DNA of 63,405 nucleotides, filler included, from Octopus bimaculoides (taxonomy: Eukaryota): the NCBI RefSeq assembly GCF_001194135.2. It is 3 parts of 2 records of this genome, joined end to end, with 100 filler letters (N's around TTAATTAATTAA, not from the genome) between each part and the next. Parts side by side here need not be neighbours in the genome. Positions count along the whole stretch, not along the records: positions 46,802 to 63,405 come from NC_068981.1; 2 more parts are not named here. One strand, written 5' to 3'. The position numbers and the translations under genes are program-made. Shown piece after piece: positions 50,695 to 63,017 of this stretch. The stretch's first letter is position 1. Every line of letters begins with the position of its first letter. Under the pieces are notes generated by a model, which was not told the origin of the DNA, did not search any database, and was given only the letters and a program-made list of their open reading frames with translations.

Positions 50695-50899
50695 TATTTT
50701 TTACTTGTTTTAGTCATTGGATTAAGGCCATGCTGGAATACCACCTTGATGGCTTTAGTCACAAGGATGTAGCAAATCAACATCAGTTGTCAAGTAGTAA
50801 GGGCACAAACACACACACAAATGTACATGTGCATATATATATGTAGACACACACACACACATATATGTGCATGTGCACATACATACATACACACATACA

Positions 50900-50966
<67 letters not shown>

Positions 50967-51212
50967 TTTTGCTTGTTTCAGTCATATGACTGAGACCATA
51001 CTGGAGCAACACCTTCAAAGGTTTTTAGTCAAAGAAATTAGCCCAGGACTTATTCTATCAGTGTTTTTTTGCCAAACTGCTAAGTTACAGGGACTTAAAC
51101 ACATCAACATTGGTTGTCAAGTGATAGCAGGGAGACAAACACAGACACAAAGACACACGCACACACAAATATATACATACATATATGTGTGTGTGTGTGT
51201 GTGTGTGTGCTT

Positions 51213-51244
<32 letters not shown>

Positions 51245-52509
51245 GGCTTCTTTTCAGTTCCCATCTACCAAATCCACTCACAAGGCTTTAATCAGCTTGA
51301 GGCTATAGTAGAAGATACTTGCCCAAGGTGCCATGCAGTGGGACTAGGCAAATTGAAAATTAGAATTAACAAATAACAAAACAACAAACGTCAAAAGGAT
51401 GTACACATGGAAAATATAGCTTGACACTCATTATAAGATGGAAAAAAGAGTGAGTGAATAACATTTCGCACATAGCTCATTGTCAGAAAGGGAAGATCTG
51501 GAGAAGGAAAAAAAAGTCCAAGAAAAGCATATGTGTAATTACATGGCTCACACACACACACACATACATACATACATACATACATACAATGGTTTGCTAT
51601 ACAGTCTCCATCCACCAAATTCACTCGCAAGGTATTAGTTGGCTCAGAGCTACAATAGAGGAAACTTTCCCAAGGTGTCATGCAATTGGAGGGACTGAGC
51701 CCAAAACCACATGGTTACAAAGCAAACACTTGAACTATGCACCCATTCTTTGTGTCTATATATGATAACAAAAGGATTAAAGAATCATAAAGCAATAGAA
51801 TTTGAAAATATTGTCTACAAGACAGCCATAATATTTAGAATTAAGTTCAAAATAAAGAGTATTAATAGCAGATTACAAAACAAAGAAATTAATTGACAAG
51901 ATTTCATGGTTTACATGTATGGCTTTATAAATAAATTTAGTCTGAGAATACTTTAGTTTCAATATATTTTCTGATTACAAATTGTAGTCTTATGGATGTA
52001 ACTAAATGAAAGGAGGAATAAAGAGATAGGATAAAGAATAAGTTAGAAGAAGAAAAGGAAAAGTAGAAAATCATAGTGAAATTTATCTTGAAGAATGCAA
52101 TGTTTTCCAACCTGGATGCTGGAACATATTGGTGTGCTGCCAACAGTTTCCAAACTTACAATAAAATTGTCTTATTTACATCTCTAACATTGGTTAAAGT
52201 TCTTAGTGGATAATTTCACAAAATGGAATAAATAACACAAAGTTGTTGTTATAAAAATACATAAAATATGATGTCGCTAACAAAGATTTGGTTATGTTAT
52301 ATTTAGCTGGTTTCTCTCTGATTGTCTTTAGTACCAGGTGGTTCATTGCCAGCATTTACATGATTCTCATTTTACATTTTTTTTTAAATAAACAGATCAG
52401 CAAGATGAATTCTAAGGTTTCATTGGTGAAAAACAAAAATTGTCTGATAACTGAGTGGGCCAAAAACCATTCCTAGAGAAAAAATCCATATACATGAGCA
52501 ATCGTTTTA

Positions 52510-52569
<60 letters not shown>

Positions 52570-53085
52570 CACACATACATACATACATACATTCATACGT
52601 CTGTTCACTTGGTGACAGAATGTGCAAAAAAGTATCCAATCCGGCAAGAGATAAATATCATTGAATGTATTCATAAAATGGTATACATATATCATTTAAC
52701 TTTTATTTCTTTCAGTCATTAGACTGTGGCCATGCTGGGGCACTGCCTTGAAGAATTTTAGTCGAATGACTCAACCTCAGTAATTATTTTTTTAAACCTG
52801 ATGCTTATTCTATCGATCTTTTTTGCAAGACTACTAATTTATGGGGATGTAAGCATACCAACACCACTTGTAAAGTGATGGTGGGGGATAAACAGACACG
52901 CACACACTCACATACATATATATACATACACATGATGGGCTTCTTTCAGTTTCTGTCTACCAAATCCACTCACAAGGCTTTTGTTGGCCCAAGGCTATAG
53001 TAGAGTATCATGCAGTGGCATTGAACCAGGGATCATATTGTTGGGAAGCAACAAACTTCTCACCACACAGCCACACTTACATTTA
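50695..53085 (-). mobile_element. Three SINE family C copies (50695-51352, 51590-51745, 52705-53085)
   Basis: Reverse-complement matches to the family C head (..ccaaatccactcacaaggct..cccaaggtgccatgcagtgggact) and tail. Confidence 0.85.
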
Positions 53086-53094
53086 TATCCCCAC

Positions 53095-53136
<42 letters not shown>

Positions 53137-53543
53137 GCTGCATTTTGTTACATTTTTAGTAGGTATGCAGTACATTTTATCATGATACTGTAATATATTC
53201 TGCATTAATCTTATCATTTGATTTGGCAGATATTTCAATCAAAAAGTAAATATACACTAATAACTTTTAAAAGAAATAATTATTCTATGTATTTTCCCAG
53301 TTGATATGATGTTGATGCTTTCTCAAAGACCTTCATTAATTATTAATATAATTTAACTTAATGAGTTAATCATGTGGGTTAAGTTACTGAATTACTCTTT
53401 CAACAGCTAACCACAGCTAATTAGAGAGCTACTTCATTTAACTAATTCTATAAAGTTGTCAAATTTTCTTCAACAAATCTATTACAATCGTTAAAATACA
53501 CACTACATATAAATAGTCCCAATACTATGGAAGTGTTGTGTTT

Positions 53544-53694
53544 CTGAAAGTCTTGCCATAGTGTAGAATTCTGTTACCACTATTATAATATAGACTTCAA
53601 TATTATAATAGTAGTAACAGAATTCTGTAATATAGAAGGCTATAAGAAAATGTGTTTTGTGTTACCAAATTCTACGTTATGGCAAGATTTTCAG
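53544..53694. repeat. Nested inverted repeats: 27-bp outer TIR-like pair and a 27-bp inner hairpin
   Basis: Inner arms 53565-53591 / 53600-53626 (1 mismatch, 8-nt loop); outer 53544-53570 / 53668-53694 (24 of 27 match). Confidence 0.85.
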
Positions 53695-54138
53695 CAATGC
53701 TTCTGTAACTCAAACTCAGTACTAGATACTATGACTATGTGCTAACAATGATGGGATGATCACGGCTAGGATACAATCTATTGATGAATTGGTGATGTCT
53801 CCTATTCAAATAAGTCAACGAGTAAGCTTCTATGTAGTCCTTAGGCCTGCTAAAAATAGCAGCTAAATGTTCAAGTTTTGCAGTAACATCTCAAAAAGAG
53901 GAAAGGTACATTAAATAATGTAGTCATAGATACACAGTACCTAACTAAAAAGAAACTTATAAAATAAAGAAAAAGATGAGATGTTTACACTCAGGAAACC
54001 ATTGATTATAGTACTGTACAACCAGAACTGACGGGGTAAACAACAATAACAATCAACATTAACACGAAAGGGATGTAAAACAGAATGAGAGAGAGAGAGA
54101 AACAGACAGACAGAGAGTGTGTGTATGTGTGTGTGTGT

Positions 54139-54170
<32 letters not shown>

Positions 54171-54897
54171 TACAATCATTCTTACAATCCAGTTTCCAGT
54201 TCAACTAAACAATTAAGTCCCATGGAAATTTCACATTTTATAGATATTCTTATTCTATTTTGATACAAATATCTATATATCTTCATTTGTAACATTATTT
54301 TCTTATGTTAAAGATCTTGATTACGTCTTCGATTTCATTCCATACAAAAGGTTGTTTAAAGCATAACATTTGAACTTATTTCATTATATTAAAGATTTCA
54401 CTTATGTCTTCAAATGTGCAATATTCTTAACTTATTCTATTACATTAAAAATTTCAGTTATGTCCTTGATTTCGTTCCATAGTTAAGGTTGCTTAACACT
54501 TTGCTTACAATTGAGTGTCACCAATGAAGGTTTTTTTTTTCAATGAAGCCTCATGTTACTATGGTTCAAACTACATTATCCGAATTTTAAGAAATGTACA
54601 AGATATGTTTCTTTGTCTTTCTCAAACTGTTTTCAATTTGAATCAGTAGAAGCCAAGATATCATCATTTAACATCCATTTTCCATGATGGCATGGGTTGG
54701 GTAGCTTGACAGGAGCTAGGACCAGGTAAACAAAATGTCTTTCATAAGTAAAACAATGCTTTATTGTAACACAATTGTAATATATTACTGGAATGTAGCA
54801 TAATTTCCATAAAATTAAGAAAAAATTCCCCAAAAACTCTATCCACAATTATATTCTGTGGAAAAAAATCATAAATAAATGAAAACATTCATAAACA

Positions 54898-55555
54898 GCA
54901 TGGCTGTGTGGTAAGAAGTTTGCTTCCCAACTACATGGTTCTGGGTTCAGTCCCACTGCATGGCACTTTGGGCAAGTGTCTTCTATTATAGCCGCAGACC
55001 AACCAAAACGTGAGTGAATTTTGGTAGATGGAAACTGAAAGAAGCTCATCATGTGTATGTGTGTGGATGTGTGTTTGTCCCCTACCACCACTTGACAACT
55101 GGTGTTGGTGTGTTTACATCCCTGTACCTTAGTGATTCAACAAAGAAGACTGATAAAATAAGTATCAGACTTCATCATCATCCTTTGACTAACCTATGGT
55201 TGGTCAGAACTCCATTGACCATCCCTTTATTCACTGCATGGTCCTGCATTGCTGTGTTCAGATCTCTAATATCTAACCCTGAGTCCCAAGATATAGAATC
55301 TGGAAATGTCAGTTTCCTGAAGAAAACACTTCCAGAGGGATACCATAGGAGCAGGAATGAGATAACCGCTTTCTTTGCTCAATGACAGTGGTCAGCAAAT
55401 TGTAGCTATTTCTGATTTAGCTTGAGGGATATTGGTATCAGATTTCTGTATCAGACTTTAAAATAAGTACTGGGGTCAATACATCCAACTATAATTCTTC
55501 AAGGTGGTGCTCCAGCATGGCCACAGTCTAATGACTGAAACAAGTAAGATAAAAG
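54898..55555 (+). mobile_element. SINE family C interrupted by a ~275-bp minus-strand retroposon
   Basis: 11-bp TSD gtatcagactt at 55162-55172 and 55448-55458; the insert begins catcatcatc. Confidence 0.82.
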
Positions 55556-56982
55556 ATAATGGACATTTTAATACTTTTTAACATGTGTATTATCGGTGAC
55601 TCCCATGGTACAGAAGAAATATAATACTCCTTCTGTGCTGCAGGAATGACCAGTAGTAGCCATACTATAAATCAATGTGGTAGTTTATATAGTGTGCTAG
55701 AACATATGTACAGTAATGCCTTGCTATATAAATTAATTTCTTCCTGGAGACTGCTCATAAAGTGAAAACTCATAAGGCAGAGCAATAACTTCCCATAGTA
55801 GCAATATTATAAATTGCAATTCATTCCCAGAAAAGTATTTTACCTATAAAATTTATAATACTCATAATTAAATGGCAATAAAACAACAGCAGAATGTCAA
55901 GAATATTTTATGTAAAGTAAAAAGAATGTCAAGATCATTTATAATAAAAAATATTATTATAATAATTTTCTGAATTACTTTCACTCGCACTAGACTTGCG
56001 CACACCATCATTTGAAGATATGATCACTGATTCACAAGCACTCATAGACAGACTTGTAAATTTCTTTTTAAAAAAACAAGTCAAGAAGTGTTTACTTAGA
56101 AGTAACTTTTTTTTCACTCTTAATAAATTTCTCGGTAACACACAGAAGTATTTGTTATGGTAATAGAAAGTTTTGCATTTCACTCACAAAATGGCTGTTT
56201 AACCTTTTTATATTTATTATAGAATAAAACTCGTAAACCCAGGGTCTCATAAAGTGGGTCCTTGTAAAGCGAGATATTAGTGTATATGGTTAAAAATAAA
56301 AATAATTAAAAAACACTTGTAACAAAATTAGACCACTGGTACACAAGAAAATATGTCCACTAAATGGGTTTGGCAGGCAAAGTGTTAAAGCATAATATTT
56401 GAACTGACATCATGACAAGCAGAATAATTTTGTAGACTGTTTTGTTCATTCCTTTTCTTTATGTTACATAGAACCAAGACCAGAATTTTATAGAGAAGAA
56501 ATAAGAAAATATATTAATATCATTAGGAAGGGCATCCAGCCATAAAAACCATGCCAAATCAGACTGGAATCTGGTGACTGATTTTTAAAATTATAATTCC
56601 ATGAAAATAGTAACAAGCAATGTGAATGTATAGAAATGGTTACAAACAGAAATGAAACTGAAGTTACTTCAAGTCAATGATCTTGATTTTAGTATTTACA
56701 TGACATTTGTTTCAAATGTCCAAATTTTTGTTAATTATTCTTCAAGTGAACAAACATGGACAAAACATTTGTTACCATTTGATACTATTTGTTACCATTC
56801 CATCAGTACATTAACGTTGAATTTTATAGAAATTTAGTGAGGCATATGTGGTATGTATGGAGTTTTTTTGTTTTTTTTTTACTAATATGCATATATTGGA
56901 TGTATGTGGGTGTATGGAGGTGAATCTATCTATCTAATACTGCATGTATTAGATTTATGTTTGTGTACTTATATAAAGAATA

Positions 56983-57298
56983 AAGACCTCCTTCGGAAAT
57001 GAATGACCATAGGACTGCACCTAGAAAATTCCCCTCCAAAGCACAAGTCTGGGCAAGGTTGTTTATGAAATACCAGCTGTCGCCCATGCATACCAGCCTC
57101 CCCTCTCCATGCCACTGATGTTATCCAAGGGAAAAGCAAATGCAAATACAACTTGACATTAGTGACATCGCAACTCATTTCTATAGCTGAGTGAACTGGA
57201 GCAGCATGAAATAAAGTGGAGCAATGTGAAATAAAGTGTCTTGCTCAAGAACACAACACACAATCCAACACTCTAACCACTGAGTCATGTACCTTCAC
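56983..57298 (-). mobile_element. SINE, same family as 14755-15068
   Basis: End-to-end similarity; short internal duplication gagca..tgaaataaagtg. Confidence 0.85.
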
Positions 57299-57481
57299 TG
57301 TACTTATATACATATAATTAGACTACCCGTGACCCATTGGGTTACTGGGGATGTCTAAGTTTCCAGCAATGGAGTTTTGTTTTGTGGGTTTTTTTTTTTC
57401 TTTTCTATGTTATTTTGCATGCTTTCAACAAATGTGACATCGAAATCACATGTAAATGGCTCCTTTCCCCAGAAAAGAAAT

Positions 57482-57594
57482 GATTTGGCTGCTATTTCTT
57501 GCATGCTCTGCTACCATGTAACAGGTATTTCAGGTCCTTTATCACAAATAGCTGTTACATGGTAACAGGGCGTGCTAGAGATAGCAGCCAAATC
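57482..57594. repeat. Hairpin of ~43-bp arms built from a repeat terminus
   Basis: 57482-57524 vs 57552-57594, 38 of 43 match. Confidence 0.85.
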
Positions 57595-58205
57595 TTTGGA
57601 GGTGAGATATGTTGAATGCACTCGAAAGAAACCAATGGAAAAAATCTTTTTCACAACGAGGTTATGAATGGGACTTTTACAAAATATTTACTGTATTTTT
57701 AAAGTCATTTTCACTTAAAAATATTTTGCCCATCATGATGTTTCTAATGGAAAGGATAGTGTTTCTTCCCTTTCAGGATTAAGTTACTGAACATCTCAAT
57801 AATTATTGGTCCAATTTATGCGAAACTTGTTTTATTCCATTAGTATTCATATATCAGGGGCATTTTACTTGCAAAGTATTTTCCCATTATGTGCTAGTTT
57901 GACTGTGTAACATTGCAAGCAAGCAAGATTGAACTTCACTTTTAATGTATTATAGATAGATACGCATATATATGCATGTATGTTCATTTGTTCATGTTTA
58001 GGTCCATTTTCCATGCTAGTATGGATTATATANNNNNNNNNNNNNNNNNNNNNNNNNNNNNNNNNNNNNNNNNNNNNNNNNNNNNNNNNNNNNNNNNNNN
58101 NNNNNNNNNNNNNNNNNNNNNNNNNNNNNNNNNNNNNNNNNNNNNNNNNNNNNNNNNNNNNNNNNNNNNNNNNNNNNNNNNNNNNNNNNNNNNNNNNNNN
58201 NNNNN

Positions 58206-58238
<33 letters not shown>

Positions 58239-59529
58239 CATACACACACAGACACAGAGTTATATGTGCATATATGTATAGATATGCATGTACACACATA
58301 TAACATATACATGTATACATATGTAATGATGTGTGTGTGTGGCACAGGTGGGGTATGTGAGTATATATGCTTGTGTAAAGTACATTATGCAAGGAAAGAG
58401 CATACTGAATATGAAGTGTACCAGCCTAATTTCACATATTTCCACATAACTGACCTCCCAAGTATGGGGACAGCCTAAAACTGTGGATTATAATGAAGTG
58501 GATGGTGTTGGGATGAGGTTTGCTATGTTGGGGTGGATAGTGATGGGGTGAGAAGTGAAATTATCATCAGCTAACAGGAAAAATAACTTCTATGACAATT
58601 CATATCCACTGTCACTCAGAACATTTTTTGTATACAGCACACACGTTGTGCATCACCATGCCATCACCATGCATGTGTACTTACTATCTGACCTTCACAC
58701 TCTTATGTTCTTAAACTTATACACAGATATATGCCACTACAAACAGGCACTCACTAACATATACTCTTTCTATCTCCCTCTCTTTCTGTCTTTCTTGTGT
58801 GTATATGTGTGAGATTTTACACACACACACACACAGCTGTAAATACATGCATACATTGATCAGACTACGAGATTGTTCTAATAAAATTGTCTCCTATAGC
58901 CAAAGACTAATGACTAAAGCAAGTAAAAAATAAAAGATAAAAGGGAATGGACATTTTAACATTTTTTTAATATGTGTATCACTGGTGACCAGGCACAAAA
59001 AGGTCATGCATGTGTGTGTGTGTGTGTGTGTGCGTATGCACACACGCACATACACACACACACACACACAGCCAATGAATGAATATATATATATATATAT
59101 ATATATANNNNNNNNNNNNNNNNNNNNNNNNNNNNNNNNNNNNNNNNNNNNNNNNNNNNNNNNNNNNNNNNNNNNNNNNNNNNNNNNNNNNNNNNNNNNN
59201 NNNNNNNNNNNNNNNNNNNNNNNNNNNNNNNNNNNNNNNNNNNTATATAATGATTATTTAAAACAATCTGATCCAGCACCATGCGATTTAAAGTTTCATA
59301 AACTTCTCATAGGTATTTAGCTCATCGTGCTCAGACAACTAAATGCAGAGATGGAGAAAATCCAATATAGCTACTGGAAACTGGGCTGGTTTTTGGTCAA
59401 GGTGGGTCAAATGGTGTTGTTGAAATAGTATTGAAATATCACCACCATCAAATTAGAGATCACAATCTGAATATTTCATTAACCACGTGGCAGGACAGGA
59501 AGTTGATAGCATCTTGCTATCTGGATAGT

Positions 59530-60070
59530 GTGTGTGAAAAAATTAAGCAGCATTAATTGCTTGTGTGTGTGTGTCTGGTGTATGAATGTATATATGTGGA
59601 TGTTTGTAGTGCAGCATGTTTATCTGCTATGTGTGTCTGGGTGCCTGTACATGCAAGCTGGCACATGGGTATGTACTGGTGACATCAGCTCAATGGTGTG
59701 CATGTACGTGTCATTAGGATGTGTGGGTGTGGATGCTTATCAGTTATGTATGTGTGTTTGAGTGCACATATACATCAGTGTATTTATCAATTGTGTGCAT
59801 CAGCTGTGTGAGCATGTACGTGCATATGTACATGTACATCAGTTGTCTGCTGTATCCATGTTTGTGTGTGTGTGTGTATGTGAATGAATGTCTGGTGTAT
59901 GTGAATATGCACATTTCTGTATTTATGTGTGTATGTATGAATGTGTGCATGTTTATCTGCATGAGTGGGTGTGTGTGCCTTTACATGTGGTGTGTGAGTG
60001 TGTATGCATACCTCTGATATTTGTGTGTGTATGAGCACAACCAGTGTATGCTCTAATATGTGCATACAGG
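59530..60070. repeat. Degenerate (GT)n-rich low-complexity tract
   Basis: Direct reading; Cys/Val/Met-rich ORFs here are repeat translations. Confidence 0.8.
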
Positions 60071-60417
60071 ATTAGTGGGTGAGAATATACTGGTGCATTG
60101 TGCTTATATATTTATACATTTTCATGGAAACATAAAAATTTGCAACAGGAAGAACATCCAATCATAGGAAATCTACTCCACCAGGTTTCTTCTGACCCAT
60201 ACGAGCATAGAAAAGTGGATGTTAAGATAATTATGATGATAGTGAGGTGTGTGTGGCTTGGCTCTCCATTGCTTATGATCACAAGTGTTCCAGTTGATTC
60301 AAAAACAAAACAGCCCACTTGTGAAATTAATGTGTAAGCAGCTGAGCTCCTCACAGATATGTGTACCCTTAACATAACTGCTATGAAGACTAGACACTGA
60401 TTGTGGGGAATATACTC

Positions 60418-60820
60418 TTTTACTCTTTTACTTGTTTCAGTCATTTGACTGCGGCCATGCTAGAGCACCACCTTTAGTCAAGCAAATCGACCCCAGGACT
60501 TATTCTTTGGAAGCCTAGTACTTTTTCTATCGGTCTTTTTTGCCGAACCGCTAAGTTACGGGGACGTAAACACACCAGCATCGTTTGTCAAACGATGTTG
60601 GGGGGACAAACACAGACACACAAACACACACACACACATATATATATACATATATACGACAGGCTTCTTTCAGTTTCCGTCTACCAAATCCACTCACAAG
60701 GCTTTGGTCGGCCCGAGGCTATAGAAGAAGACACTTGCCCAAGGTGCCATGCAGTGGGAATGAACCTGGAACCATGTGGTTGGTAAGCAAGCTACTTACC
60801 ACACAGCCACTCCTGCGCCT
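60418..60820 (-). mobile_element. SINE family C, full length, young
   Basis: Complete head to tail with CpGs retained. Confidence 0.92.
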
Positions 60821-60959
60821 ATGTTGAGTAAAATCATAATTAACTGATCCTCGTGTGTTTTCTTTTACCCAAAGCCAGGAACATTTCAGCATCTCCTCAT
60901 ATAAGTGCCTGAAATCACCACACTTCCCTGAACAGGATGCCAGTCTGTTGCTGGCTTCA

Positions 60960-61160
60960 TGCCCAACAATTTTAAGGAGAGGGGACAAGTTGATTGCATC
61001 AGCTCAAGTACTTGACTGGTAATGCTTTTTACCAACCCCAAAGGGATTAAAGGCAAAGTTGACATTGGTGGGATTTGAACTCAGAACATAAAGAACCAAA
61101 AGAAATGCCACTTAGCATTTTGCCCAATGTGCTAATAATTCTGCCAGTTTGCCGCCCTTC
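60960..61160 (-). mobile_element. SINE family B, diverged
   Basis: aaaggcaaagttgacattggtgggatttgaactcagaac..ctgccagtttgccgcc. Confidence 0.8.
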
Positions 61161-61636
61161 TGATATGTTTGTAAATGTGTGTATGTATTTGTCTGTGACT
61201 GTGTGTGTGTGTTGTGAATCGTATGGTATCAGCTAAAAGCTTTCACTGCCATTTAACAGTAAACAAAGATCATTACCACAATGACTATCAGTTGAATCGT
61301 CTCATATTGCTAATTGTTTCTCAAGCTACTCTACTTTGGATAAGAAAAAAAATAAATATTTTTAAATGTGTGTGTGTGTGTGTAAAAACGAAAATAATCT
61401 TTGTGGCTTCTTACAATATATCTGTTGAAATGCCGGTCTAATATGAGTGAATGTATTGTGCAGGGAAGAATATATAAATATTAGCTTATAGTACTTTTAG
61501 TATAATAAATAAAGTGTATAAGAGCAAGGCATATATGTATGTTATGAATGTGCACAAGTTAAATGTATATAAATGGCATATATTTCCATTTATTGCTTGT
61601 ATGCATGTGTGTATGTATATGTCATGTGTGTGTAAG

Positions 61637-61667
<31 letters not shown>

Positions 61668-61703
61668 TGAGTTAGTTTTAGTGAAGCATTGTGAGGTATA
61701 CCT

Positions 61704-62160
61704 TTAAAGAATGTAGTTGTGTAAGGCCAGAACAATGCGAGAATGTACAAAGTAAACTACAAAAGGAAAAGAAAACAGAACAAAGTTGCAGTTTTACCTT
61801 GTATCTCTATATTTCAGGGTAAAGACCCCTTCTTCAGAACATTCAGAAAAGTGGTTCTTAACCTCTTCCAGCTACCGTTTTTCGAAATGTCCTGAAGAAG
61901 GGGTCTTCACCCTGAAATATAGAAATACGAGGTAAAACTGCAACTTTATTTTGTTTTCTGTTTCTTGTGTAGTTTACTTTTGCACCTTCTCACATTGTTC
62001 CAGCCTTACACAACAATATTCTTTAATATATTTCGTTTTGGGATTTGGTTTGCAAGATTTTTTATGTGATTTCGTGTGTTGAAGCATATTCTGTTGTGTC
62101 TGGGGAGAGTCATTTTCTTATTGTGCCTTAAAATTTAACACACTCACTGGTAAAATTTCC
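61704..62160. mobile_element. Inverted Penelope-like termini (arms 61704-61843 / 61886-62026), each with a hammerhead motif
   Basis: Right arm atgtc-CTGAAGA-AGGG-gtcttca-CCCT-GAAA-TAT-A-gaaat; reverse-complement copy in the left arm. Confidence 0.7.
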
Positions 62161-63017
62161 ACATATATATATATATATATATANNNNNNNNNNNNNNNNN
62201 NNNNNNNNNNNNNNNNNNNNNNNNNNNNNNNNNNNNNNNNNNNNNNNNNNNNNNNNNNNNNNNNNNNNNNNNNNNNNNNNNNNNATATATGATACAGAAA
62301 TAATTTATTCTCAAATGCATGATAATGCTAATACAATAGCGTTCATGCTTTTGTATTAGCATTAGCATTGTATATACAACATAATAATATTGTTTATAAA
62401 CAATCCCTCATAGTACCCCATGATAAAATTTCCTCTGTATTAACATCATAGGTTTTATTAGCATCTTGCCCCTTTAACTGATAATTAACATCTTGATTTT
62501 GGGTCTTCTCCCAGCCTCCTTTATAGACAGTTACTTTATACCTGATTTACTACTCCTAAAATTTTGACAATATTTATGACTATACTTAGCCATGGGCTGT
62601 CAACTCACTCTTGCCCTCCATTCTAAGCAGACACAGTCCTCTAGTCTTAGATTTAGTAGTTGATAAAAAAGACTAATAAATTAAAAATGAACCACAATCC
62701 TTTACAAGCTATAACCCCAACAAGCTTCATGCATTTCTTGGAAGTGTAGTATATTCTTAGCTACAATAGCAACAACATGGATTTCTTCCATCTTCTTGCT
62801 CTGTTAGAGTGTTTGAGTAAAATTATATTAAAGTGTCCGACTGATTAAAATTCTGTTTCTTTATTTGTGCAGCTGATGATAGCCCTGCATTTAAATTGAT
62901 GTAATAATTGCATTGTTCAATTAAATGGAGCCGCTTGAAATGGTCGTACTGCATCACTTCTTGATATCCTGTTGCTTATTTTGATACACACACACACACA
63001 CACATATATATATATTA

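Noticed and set aside
56188-56260. Minus-strand exon candidate DPLYETLGLRVLFYNKYKKVKQPF with GTGAGT donor
   Set aside because: Splicing to the next available acceptors introduces immediate stops.
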